Shown here: positions 18,266 to 29,254 of the stretch, piece by piece | Position numbering within the stretch: position 1 is the first letter of the stretch | Layout: each line of letters begins with the position of its first letter | Source: Paramoeba atlantica | Lineage: Eukaryota > Protista > Discosea | NCBI GenBank assembly: GCA_977017575.1 | Contig: CDRNVI010000044.1 | Location: forward strand, 1 to 64,000 | DNA: 64,000 bases | Reading direction: 5' to 3' | The notes under the pieces: model-generated | Database searches by the model: none | Told to the model about the DNA's origin: nothing | Seen by the model: only the letters and a program-made list of their open reading frames with translations | Position numbers and translations under genes: made by a program

Positions 18266-21200
18266 ATGACACGCCTTTCTCGTACGTCTCGTTTAGATTC
18301 CGAAAACACGCGGAAAAAGGGCAGCAGAACAACAGTGAACAACGGGAAGTCTCACGGGAGAGTTGAAAAACAACGTACTCAACGAGATCAAAGCAAGACG
18401 AACGGAATAAAGGTAGCAGAAGAATCAGGATCGCACACGGAGACACCAGTGAAGGTGAAGAAGACTCCAAAGATCAAGATAATAGGTTCCAAAACACTAG
18501 CCCCGAATTGGGCGGACCATGAGCCTCCGTGTGAAATCACATCGCGGAATCTAATCAAAATCAAAGCCAAGAACTTCCGCATCGGATCTACGAGTCAATC
18601 ACACGAGAACATAGCCCATGACGAAAACCATATCCAAGAGGACCCAGCCAAAGAAATGTCCGAAACAGAAAGCGAGACCAGTGATACAATGTGTCTGGAC
18701 GACGATGGATCGACGCAAGATCGAGTACAGGAGCTAATGACACAGGCCGGCAACAAATCGCCCGACCAAGTGTACAACATCGTTTCCAAGTGGGGCAAGG
18801 GTACAGAATGTGTGATCGAATGGGGCTTCCGACAGAACACTACAAACTACAAGTCAAACGGCATCGTTGTAGGCAGGACCGTGCGAAAATCAACCGTGAA
18901 AGTCAAGATTTCATACGAGCCGGCTCTAGGTCACGATGGTCCATGCGGTTTTCTTTATCTTCCACCGTCCAATAAAATCAGAATCTGTAACCTCCAAGCC
19001 ACTAAGTTATTCAAAATCGAGATGCCGACACAAAATTTGGAGGAACAAGCGGAGCACATCTCATGCGAAGACGGTCAGAGTGACCTTGATCCGCTCCCGC
19101 CTATGGCTCAAATAGACCCATCTTTCGCGGTTCATGTTGTGGCGATTTTCCGTGCGATAATTCGGGGATATGCAGCGGCGGAGCTTGACTCAGAAAAAGA
19201 GGCGATATGGCACAAATTTTTGAATGCGCCTCGCGATTCACTTGCGACAGTACGTCAAGCAATTCGACGAAACCAAAAAGTAGCTCATGTTCGCAACGAC
19301 CGAGAAAACTTGGAAGCTAGCAACTTGAGTGCGGAACAACGGGCGGAGTTAGAAATTGACAGGCGTTCGATCAGGCACGCCCTACAGACGGCGCGGGCAG
19401 GAAACCTTGGCAAAGCAACTCGGATCCTGGACAATGTCTACAAGGAATCAGCTCTCACTCCTGAAGAAAAAGTGCGAAAGCTTCAACAACTTCATCCTGA
19501 AGGCGACGCCATACGAATCTTTGGAGTGTGTTGTGTTTTTTCACTTCAAAAGAAGTGTTTTTTCATAAAGAATATTTTCTTGTAGTATATACAAGGGGTT
19601 AAAAAAGATAAGCTGGCTGCTCGCGCTCGATCTGGTCAAATCTTCGGATTTGACTTGCGTGCTGCGTGGCACAGCTCCTAGCAAGCGATAAGGGGGGGCT
19701 TGTCCTAGGGAGGTAACATCTCCTCGGAGATATTTTGCCTAAAAATCAATCAATCAATCAATACGAATCCCGGAAGCAGACTTCCCACGGACTGGCGTTG
19801 TTGAGAAATCAGAGGTTCGCCTAGCGACCGAAAAATTATCCAGAGGCGCTTCACCAGGACCAACCGGCCTGAGTGAAAGCATGATGCGACTGCTCGTAGA
19901 CGACGAAGAGTCATGTCTTTCACTTTGCCACATGCTTCGGGATGTCATCAACGGCGAAGTTCCTCTGAATGTGCGAAAACGTCTAACCCGATGCAGAATC
20001 ATCGCGCTAGCGAAACCTCAAAATGGAATTCGACCTATTGCGATGGGGGATACCATTCTGAAGATTTGCGGTTCCATCCTTCTACAACGACATGAAAACG
20101 CTCTGCAAAATTTTTTCTCCCCAATTCAACGAGGCATTTTGCAAAAAAACGCATGTGAGTCCATCGTTCACGAACTTTTAAATGAATACGAAGAAGGACA
20201 TGCTATCCTCACCGTCGATTTTAGCAACGCGTATAATACACCACAACGCAACGCCATTGCTGAGGCACTCCTTGGTAATCCCATTTTCAAGCCTTTCATG
20301 CGCCTATTCTACCTAGAATATGGGATTCCCTCTGAGCTGCTATTTTTTGCGCACAATGCTCTGTTTGCTACCATCGAAAGCTCTTCAGGAATTCGCCAAG
20401 GATCGGCACTTTCATCAATGTACTTCTGCGCACTTTTGCAAGGCCCGCTACGAGAACTCATGCACCTCTATCCTGACGTGAAGATCCGAGCATACCAAGA
20501 CGATGTGACTTTGAGCTCCAAAAACGTGCAAGCATTGGAGGCAGCTTTCTTTTACCTGCGTGAGATCGCCGCAGAGATGAACCTCCGAATTAATTTCCAG
20601 AAATGCGATTGGTTTCAGAAGAACATTCCCAACATAGCTCAGCCTCCTCCGTTGGAAAAACTTGGAGTAAACTTTTGCAGTGATGCGATAAAAGTCTTAG
20701 GCGCATACGTAGGTACAGACCAAGTCGTGGAAAATCTGCTGATCAAGAAAATGGAGAAACACAAGTGCCTATTCCGCAGGTTGTTGCTTATGGGTCCCAG
20801 TAATTTGTCTCTTGCCATTCTCCGCCGTTGTACGATTCCACGGCACGATTACCATCTACGAGTACATCGGCCAGGCGCTACTTTCCAACTAGCACAATCC
20901 TTCGAGAACCAAGTAAACAAAGTTCTAGAAAAGTGGAGTGGAGCAGACGCAAACGCCCTGAAACTCGCCGCTCTACCACAGAAACTCGGTGGCCTAGGCT
21001 TAATTTCCTCGACTCTGAAGCAAAAACATTTCTTCGAAACTGCCAGCAAATCTATTGATGAGCACCTTAAACCCAATAACGCTCCGGTAGATCAGAAAGG
21101 CAGCGAAAAAGCTATGAAACAACCGCAAAGTCGAGGAGAGGCAGCGCGCAAGCTATTGAAAAAGAAGCTAAGTGCAGAACACGATAAACAGATAACTGAG

Positions 21201-22001
21201 CTGCAGAAGGATTCTCACATGGGACTTTTATTGAAGCGTACAAAGGAATCAAACATGCATTTAGAAAGCACCAGCAATTATGTAAACCCGTACCTCTTCC
21301 GATACACTTTGATGATGCGTTTGGGCATCGGATTACATAACGCACCGGCCGATGTTATATGCCCTGGATGCTGTGGCCATGAATCTCCTACCAGCATTAT
21401 ACCACACGTCGCAGGATGCTCCCGGTGCTCGGGCATGAATTGCACCAGAAAGCACTCACACATAGTGAGGTACCTCGCAGATTTGTGCTCCAAAGCTGGT
21501 CTCCCTTGTATTATCGAACCGCGCATCCATTCTTCGTTTTTCTGTACTAAGTGCAAGTGTTCCATCTCAGCGGAAGTAGCTGAACATCATCCTTGCAAAG
21601 CCCGCAGAATCCGATCCGGTCCTGATCTTGCTATTATGTGGCCCCACATGGGGGAGGTCCTGTATGATTTTACCGTTGTTCACACTTGTTGCAGCAGCTA
21701 TGCCAAACAAACAAGTACAGCGCTGATGCAGCACGTGCTCGACAAGAAATTCAAGAAGTACGTTACGGAGAAAGGCGTAGAAAGCGACTCTTTTCGTTGC
21801 CTGGCCGCCTCTGACTGCGGTCTTCTGCACAACGACACCAAAACCCTCCTCAAGGCATTATCCCAACGAGCCAAACAAAAGTACGAAGACGTACGTGAGG
21901 CCTTCCAACTCGAGATAGAAAAGCTAGCAGCGTATACTATTGTATCGCAGCTCCGCGAGTATATTCCAGAAGCACATTGGATTGGTGGACTGCGTCAGTG
22001 A
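18266..22001 (+). pseudogene. Interrupted family B RT/RLE polyprotein
   Basis: Both halves are essentially identical to the intact 1162-aa copies downstream. Confidence 0.9.
19520..19760 (+). mobile_element. Short retro-insertion (SINE-like or truncated LINE 3' end) with 9-bp target-site duplication and (AATC)n tail
   Basis: ATACGAATC at 19511-19519 and 19761-19769. The insert is absent from the four other copies and ends in aatcaatcaatcaatc. Confidence 0.85.
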
Positions 22002-22228
22002 GTCGACCAACAAGTTCGCACATTAGAAAAGCTCTTAAAAGTTCTTATTATTATTCACAACGATTATCCGTGTTTAGAATGCCTGCGAGATTTAGGATAA
22101 TACGAACGATCTTTGGGAGAAGGCTCAGAAAAAAAAAAAAAAAAAAATAGAATATATTTTAGAAGAAAGAATTTTTCAGTCTTGAACCATACAAGATATT
22201 GGGCGTCCGGTGAAGTCAAGACCTTTGC

Positions 22229-22504
22229 TTGGCCCGTTCGATTTTGAAGAAATACAAGATTTTCGTAGTGAAAGTTCGAGCTCATAGCGGAAACTTTATG
22301 AATGAACTCGTGGACAAACTAGCGAACGAGGCAGCAGTCGAACTCGTGCGTGAACCAGTGAATCCCTCAACCACAGCGTGTAGAGTTATAAATTCTACGG
22401 CCGAATGCGGCCATAAGTGCCGTGATAAGGCCTCATGTCTACATTCCTGTTGTAAGCGACATTTAGGAGTAGCGAAGGATAATGTCAACATTTCTTTGTC
22501 ATAA
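22229..22504 (+). pseudogene. RNase H C-terminal fragment with Cys/His-rich tail (passenger; repeated at 27599-27874, 32971-33246, 38340-38615)
   Basis: VKVRAHSGNFMNELVDKLANEA matches the RNase HI C-terminal H..N...D motif. Confidence 0.75.
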
Positions 22505-23041
22505 TAGTCGAACACTTAGCCACTTAGTCAGAAAGTGGTATATTATTATTATTATATTATTATTAAGCTCGGAATATATCTCCGAATGTCTTATCAGGTG
22601 CCCTAGAAGTCGTGCCCGGTTTACCTTATGTAGTGTGGAGAATAATGGTGTGTCAACGTAAAGGGCAGTAAGAGGTATACTTTTCCCACGGTGGTCCAAT
22701 TTTGGGCAACGACATATGATGCGACGCATTTTGTTTACCTGAATGTCTACCCAATTTAACGTTTTATCCGTCAATACAAGAGTACCTGAGTTATAGTTCA
22801 GAACGGGGTAAACCAGTGTATCGAAAAGGCGAAGTTTAGTTTTCACAGATAGTGGTGATATCCATATTCCTTGAAATTTTGAGAAGCTTGCCCAGGTAAG
22901 CCGCACCCTGTCCCTAATGCACGCCTTGGGGTCCTGTTCATGAAAAAGGTGCCCTAGGTAACGGTAACTCTCGACGTGTGGAACCTTTCCCAATGTATCG
23001 GATATTATTTCTTCGATGTTGTTATTTTTTCCTATGCTCAT
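22499..23041 (-). pseudogene. RTE-like RT domain 7/thumb fragment (passenger; repeated at 27869-28411, 33241-33783, 38610-39152)
   Basis: VESYRYLG..RVRLTWASF..IW..LSVKTKLRLFDTLVYPVLNY. Confidence 0.75.
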
Positions 23042-23214
23042 CCAGGCGGTTTTGGTGGGCCCAACAGCAATCTTTAAATTCGCAGCAAGAATTGTGCATC
23101 ATAAATATTATAAGAAAGAAAGAAAGCACTAAGCAAAACAATATCTTCATTCCCCTCTTCTATCTGATATTTGATACGTTCAATTCTATGCACATTCAAA
23201 ATTCATATGAATAC

Positions 23215-23570
23215 TTTTTTTTTTTTTTTTTTTTTTTTATCATGCAGTATGACTGCAGAGATTGTCACCTAAGAAAAATACACGCAGATCATGTATAAAC
23301 CCCGCACAAAACGGGTTTCCCTTAAGCTTTTCATCATCGCTATATGCTGGCTTCCGTCCAGCTCGGGTTATCGCGGTTTTGAAAAATCGCGAAACTTCCT
23401 CGTATTGCTCTTTTGACAAGCTTCTGTCGACATTGCGAGGCGGTGGCCTTGTTACCTCCGAAAAGTGAGTTGAGCGCTCGCGTAGAGGAGTTGAGCTTCC
23501 CTCTGGCCCCCACTTCGATGACAAGAAGAAAGGTTGCCGTGTTAGTCATTTTCCTTTCGAGTATGACCGG
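23215..23570 (-). pseudogene. 3' end of a third RLE-type element (HERO/NeSL-like C-terminus, ORF 23340-23549) with 3'UTR and poly(A); repeated in each unit
   Basis: LVIEVGARG..S..L..L..KLVKRAIRGSFAIFQNRD..W resembles the EVG.RG C-terminus of RLE elements. A T-tract lies at ~23215-23238. Confidence 0.6.
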
Positions 23571-23883
23571 TCATAACATAACGAAATTAAATAATCCCAC
23601 AACACTTCTGTCCTCTCCCAGCTTGCGAACGGGTGACGCGGGGACCACCCATTCGCTCGTCCTACTTCCATTTACAACCCAATCGCACGTTGATGTATTT
23701 CAGCGGTGCCTACTCCGCCCAAATAAATCATAAGGAAATTCCGTATCGCTCACCGTGCCCGTGCTTCTCGATATTCACTGCTACATTGTTTTTTTTGCAT
23801 ATAATTGGGGGGAGTAGTATTGAGTCTAACTATTGAGTCTTTTCTGTACCTTGTTGATTTTAATTTTCTATTTTTCTACGCTT

Positions 23884-26800
23884 ATGACACGCCTTTCTCG
23901 TACGTCTTCTCGTTTAGATTCCGAAAACACGCGGAAAAAGGGCAGCAGAACAACAGTGAACAACGGGAAGTCTCACGGGAGAGTTGAAAAACAACGTACT
24001 CAACGAGATCAAAGCAAGACGAACGGAATAAAGGTAGCAGAAGAATCAGGATCGCACACGGAGACACCAGTGAAGGTGAAGAAGACTCCAAAGATCAAGA
24101 TAATAGGTTCCAAAACACTAGCCCCGAATTGGGCGGACCATGAGCCTCCGTGTGAAATCACATCGCGGAATCTAATCAAAATCAAAGCCAAGAACTTCCG
24201 CATCGGATCTACGAGTCAATCACACGAGAACATAGCCCATGACGAAAACCATATCCAAGAGGACCCAGCCAAAGAAATGTCCGAAACAGAAAGCGAGACC
24301 AGTGATACAATGTGTCTGGACGACGATGGATCGACGCAAGATCGAGTACAGGAGCTAATGACACAGGCCGGCAACAAATCGCCCGACCAAGTGTACAACA
24401 TCGTTTCCAAGTGGGGCAAGGGTACAGAATGTGTGATCGAATGGGGCTTCCGACAGAACACTACAAACTACAAGTCAAACGGCATCGTTGTAGGCAGGAC
24501 CGTGCGAAAATCAACCGTGAAAGTCAAGATTTCATACGAGCCGGCTCTAGGTCACGATGGTCCATGCGGTTTTCTTTATCTTCCACCGTCCAATAAAATC
24601 AGAATCTGTAACCTCCAAGCCACTAAGTTATTCAAAATCGAGATGCCGACACAAAATTTGGAGGAACAAGCGGAGCACATCTCATGCGAAGACGGTCAGA
24701 GTGACCTTGATCCGCTCCCGCCTATGGCTCAAATAGACCCATCTTTCGCGGTTCATGTTGTGGCGATTTTCCGTGCGATAATTCGGGGATATGCAGCGGC
24801 GGAGCTTGACTCAGAAAAAGAGGCGATATGGCACAAATTTTTGAATGCGCCTCGCGATTCACTTGCGACAGTACGTCAAGCAATTCGACGAAACCAAAAA
24901 GTAGCTCATGTTCGCAACGACCGAGAAAACTTGGAAGCTAGCAACTTGAGTGCGGAACAACGGGCGGAGTTAGAAATTGACAGGCGTTCGATCAGGCACG
25001 CCCTACAGACGGCGCGGGCAGGAAACCTTGGCAAAGCAACTCGGATCCTGGACAATGTCTACAAGGAATCAGCTCTCACTCCTGAAGAAAAAGTGCGAAA
25101 GCTTCAACAACTTCATCCTGAAGGCGACGCCATACGAATCCCGGAAGCAGACTTCCCACGGACTGGCGTTGTTGAGAAATCAGAGGTTCGCCTAGCGACC
25201 GAAAAATTATCCAGAGGCGCTTCACCAGGACCAACCGGCCTGAGTGAAAGCATGATGCGACTGCTCGTAGACGACGAAGAGTCATGTCTTTCACTTTGCC
25301 ACATGCTTCGGGATGTCATCAACGGCGAAGTTCCTCTGAATGTGCGAAAACGTCTAACCCGATGCAGAATCATCGCGCTAGCGAAACCTCAAAATGGAAT
25401 TCGACCTATTGCGATGGGGGATACCATTCTGAAGATTTGCGGTTCCATCCTTCTACAACGACATGAAAACGCTCTGCAAAATTTTTTCTCCCCAATTCAA
25501 CGAGGCATTTTGCAAAAAAACGCATGTGAGTCCATCGTTCACGAACTTTTAAATGAATACGAAGAAGGACATGCTATCCTCACCGTCGATTTTAGCAACG
25601 CGTATAATACACCACAACGCAACGCCATTGCTGAGGCACTCCTTGGTAATCCCATTTTCAAGCCTTTCATGCGCCTATTCTACCTAGAATATGGGATTCC
25701 CTCTGAGCTGCTATTTTTTGCGCACAATGCTCTGTTTGCTACCATCGAAAGCTCTTCAGGAATTCGCCAAGGATCGGCACTTTCATCAATGTACTTCTGC
25801 GCACTTTTGCAAGGCCCGCTACGAGAACTCATGCACCTCTATCCTGACGTGAAGATCCGAGCATACCAAGACGATGTGACTTTGAGCTCCAAAAACGTGC
25901 AAGCATTGGAGGCAGCTTTCTTTTACCTGCGTGAGATCGCCGCAGAGATGAACCTCCGAATTAATTTCCAGAAATGCGATTGGTTTCAGAAGAACATTCC
26001 CAACATAGCTCAGCCTCCTCCGTTGGAAAAACTTGGAGTAAACTTTTGCAGTGATGCGATAAAAGTCTTAGGCGCATACGTAGGTACAGACCAAGTCGTG
26101 GAAAATCTGCTGATCAAGAAAATGGAGAAACACAAGTGCCTATTCCGCAGGTTGTTGCTTATGGGTCCCAGTAATTTGTCTCTTGCCATTCTCCGCCGTT
26201 GTACGATTCCACGGCACGATTACCATCTACGAGTACATCGGCCAGGCGCTACTTTCCAACTAGCACAATCCTTCGAGAACCAAGTAAACAAAGTTCTAGA
26301 AAAGTGGAGTGGAGCAGACGCAAACGCCCTGAAACTCGCCGCTCTACCACAGAAACTCGGTGGCCTAGGCTTAATTTCCTCGACTCTGAAGCAAAAACAT
26401 TTCTTCGAAACTGCCAGCAAATCTATTGATGAGCACCTTAAACCCAATAACGCTCCGGTAGATCAGAAAGGCAGCGAAAAAGCTATGAAACAACCGCAAA
26501 GTCGAGGAGAGGCAGCGCGCAAGCTATTGAAAAAGAAGCTAAGTGCAGAACACGATAAACAGATAACTGAGCTGCAGAAGGATTCTCACATGGGACTTTT
26601 ATTGAAGCGTACAAAGGAATCAAACATGCATTTAGAAAGCACCAGCAATTATGTAAACCCGTACCTCTTCCGATACACTTTGATGATGCGTTTGGGCATC
26701 GGATTACATAACGCACCGGCCGATGTTATATGCCCTGGATGCTGTGGCCATGAATCTCCTACCAGCATTATACCACACGTCGCAGGATGCTCCCGGTGCT

Positions 26801-27372
26801 CGGGCATGAATTGCACCAGAAAGCACTCACACATAGTGAGGTACCTCGCAGATTTGTGCTCCAAAGCTGGTCTCCCTTGTATTATCGAACCGCGCATCCA
26901 TTCTTCGTTTTTCTGTACTAAGTGCAAGTGTTCCATCTCAGCGGAAGTAGCTGAACATCATCCTTGCAAAGCCCGCAGAATCCGATCCGGTCCTGATCTT
27001 GCTATTATGTGGCCCCACATGGGGGAGGTCCTGTATGATTTTACCGTTGTTCACACTTGTTGCAGCAGCTATGCCAAACAAACAAGTACAGCGCTGATGC
27101 AGCACGTGCTCGACAAGAAATTCAAGAAGTACGTTACGGAGAAAGGCGTAGAAATCGACTCTTTTCGTTGCCTGGCCGCCTCTGACTGCGGTCTTCTGCA
27201 CAACGACACCAAAACCCTCCTCAAGGCATTATCCCAACGAGCCAAACAAAAGTACGAAGACGTACGTGAGGCCTTCCAACTCGAGATAGAAAAGCTAGCA
27301 GCGTATACTATTGTATCGCAGCTCCGCGAGTATATTCCAGAAGCACATTGGATTGGTGGACTGCGTCAGTGA
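23884..27372 (+). CDS. Family B RT/RLE polyprotein, 1162 aa, copy 1 (tracked ORF from 23833)
   Basis: RPIAMG, DFSNAYN, RQGSALS, AYQDDV, LPQKLGGLGL, CPGC..H..GC, RKH, GPDL..YDF; preceded by the SL 3' end. Confidence 0.9.
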   Translation: MTRLSRTSSRLDSENTRKKGSRTTVNNGKSHGRVEKQRTQRDQSKTNGIKVAEESGSHTETPVKVKKTPKIKIIGSKTLAPNWADHEPPCEITSRNLIKIKAKNFRIGSTSQSHENIAHDENHIQEDPAKEMSETESETSDTMCLDDDGSTQDRVQELMTQAGNKSPDQVYNIVSKWGKGTECVIEWGFRQNTTNYKSNGIVVGRTVRKSTVKVKISYEPALGHDGPCGFLYLPPSNKIRICNLQATKLFKIEMPTQNLEEQAEHISCEDGQSDLDPLPPMAQIDPSFAVHVVAIFRAIIRGYAAAELDSEKEAIWHKFLNAPRDSLATVRQAIRRNQKVAHVRNDRENLEASNLSAEQRAELEIDRRSIRHALQTARAGNLGKATRILDNVYKESALTPEEKVRKLQQLHPEGDAIRIPEADFPRTGVVEKSEVRLATEKLSRGASPGPTGLSESMMRLLVDDEESCLSLCHMLRDVINGEVPLNVRKRLTRCRIIALAKPQNGIRPIAMGDTILKICGSILLQRHENALQNFFSPIQRGILQKNACESIVHELLNEYEEGHAILTVDFSNAYNTPQRNAIAEALLGNPIFKPFMRLFYLEYGIPSELLFFAHNALFATIESSSGIRQGSALSSMYFCALLQGPLRELMHLYPDVKIRAYQDDVTLSSKNVQALEAAFFYLREIAAEMNLRINFQKCDWFQKNIPNIAQPPPLEKLGVNFCSDAIKVLGAYVGTDQVVENLLIKKMEKHKCLFRRLLLMGPSNLSLAILRRCTIPRHDYHLRVHRPGATFQLAQSFENQVNKVLEKWSGADANALKLAALPQKLGGLGLISSTLKQKHFFETASKSIDEHLKPNNAPVDQKGSEKAMKQPQSRGEAARKLLKKKLSAEHDKQITELQKDSHMGLLLKRTKESNMHLESTSNYVNPYLFRYTLMMRLGIGLHNAPADVICPGCCGHESPTSIIPHVAGCSRCSGMNCTRKHSHIVRYLADLCSKAGLPCIIEPRIHSSFFCTKCKCSISAEVAEHHPCKARRIRSGPDLAIMWPHMGEVLYDFTVVHTCCSSYAKQTSTALMQHVLDKKFKKYVTEKGVEIDSFRCLAASDCGLLHNDTKTLLKALSQRAKQKYEDVREAFQLEIEKLAAYTIVSQLREYIPEAHWIGGLRQ

Positions 27373-29254
27373 GTCGACCAACAAGTTCGCACATTAGAAA
27401 AGCTCTTAAAAGTTCTTATTATTATTCACAACGATTATCCGTGTTTAGAATGCCTGCGAGATTTAGGATAATACGAACGATCTTTGGGAGAAGGCTCAGA
27501 AAAAAAAAAAAAAAAAATAGAATATATTTTAGAAGAAAGAATTTTTCAGTCTTGAACCATACAAGATATTGGGCGTCCGGTGAAGTCAAGACCTTTGCTT
27601 GGCCCGTTCGATTTTGAAGAAATACAAGATTTTCGTAGTGAAAGTTCGAGCTCATAGCGGAAACTTTATGAATGAACTCGTGGACAAACTAGCGAACGAG
27701 GCAGCAGTCGAACTCGTGCGTGAACCAGTGAATCCCTCAACCACAGCGTGTAGAGTTATAAATTCTACGGCCGAATGCGGCCATAAGTGCCGTGATAAGG
27801 CCTCATGTCTACATTCCTGTTGTAAGCGACATTTAGGAGTAGCGAAGGATAATGTCAACATTTCTTTGTCATAATAGTCGAACACTTAGCCACTTAGTCA
27901 GAAAGTGGTATATTATTATTATTATATTATTATTAAGCTCGGAATATATCTCCGAATGTCTTATCAGGTGCCCTAGAAGTCGTGCCCGGTTTACCTTATG
28001 TAGTGTGGAGAATAATGGTGTGTCAACGTAAAGGGCAGTAAGAGGTATACTTTTACCACGGTGGTCCAATTTTGGGCAACGACATATGATGCGACGCATT
28101 TTGTTTACCTGAATGTCTACCCAATTTAACGTTTTATCCGTCAATACAAGAGTACCTGAGTTATAGTTCAGAACGGGGTAAACCAGTGTATCGAAAAGGC
28201 GAAGTTTAGTTTTCACAGATAGTGGTGATATCCATATTCCTTGAAATTTTGAGAAGCTTGCCCAGGTAAGCCGCACCCTGTCCCTAATGCACGCCTTGGG
28301 GTCCTGTTCATGAAAAAGGTGCCCTAGGTAACGGTAACTCTCGACGTGTGGAACCTTTCCCAATGTATCGGATATTATTTCTTCGATGTTGTTATTTTTT
28401 CCTATGCTCATCCAGGCGGTTTTGGTGGGCCCAACAGCAATCTTTAAATTCGCAGCAAGAATTGTGCATCATAAATATTATAAGAAAGAAAGAAAGCACT
28501 AAGCAAAACAATATCTTCATTCCCCTCTTCTATCTGATATTTGATACGTTCAATTCTATGCACATTCAAAATTCATATGAATACTTTTTTTTTTTTTTTT
28601 TTTTTTTTTATCATGCAGTATGACTGCAGAGATTGTCACCTAAGAAAAATACACGCAGATCATGTATAAACCCCGCACAAAACGGGTTTCCCTTAAGCTT
28701 TTCATCATCGCTATATGCTGGCTTCCGTCCAGCTCGGGTTATCGCGGTTTTGAAAAATCGCGAAACTTCCTCGTATTGCTCTTTTGACAAGCTTCTGTCG
28801 ACATTGCGAGGCGGTGGCCTTGTTACCTCCGAAAAGTGAGTTGAGCGCTCGCGTAGAGGAGTTGAGCTTCCCTCTGGCCCCCACTTCGATGACAAGAAGA
28901 AAGGTTGCCGTGTTAGTCATTTTCCTTTCGAGTATGACCGGTCATAACATAACGAAATTAAATAATCCCACAACACTTCTGTCCTCTCCCAGCTTGCGAA
29001 CGGGTGACGCGGGGACCACCCATTCGCTCGTCCTACTTCCATTTACAACCCAATCGCACGTTGATGTATTTCAGCGGTGCCTACTCCGCCCAAATAAATC
29101 ATAAGGAAATTCCGTATCGCTCACCGTGCCCGTGCTTCTCGATATTCACTGCTACATTGTTTTTTTTGCATATAATTGGGGGGAGTAGTATTGAGTCTAA
29201 CTATTGAGTCTTTTCTGTACCTTGTTGATTTTAATTTTCTATTTTTCTACGCTT

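Larger units (their letters stand above)
18224..22147 (+). mobile_element. Family B CRE/SLACS-like element, copy 0, disrupted by a 241-bp insertion
   Basis: SL 3' 16 nt at 18224-18239, ATG at 18266, ORF split into 18266-19585 and 19761-22001, poly(A) at 22129-22147. Confidence 0.9.

Noticed and set aside
22064-23987. Short spacer ORFs with poly-F or poly-K runs and the many antisense ORFs overlapping the RT genes
   Set aside because: They are translations of poly(A)/(T) tracts or shadow frames of the long ORFs.
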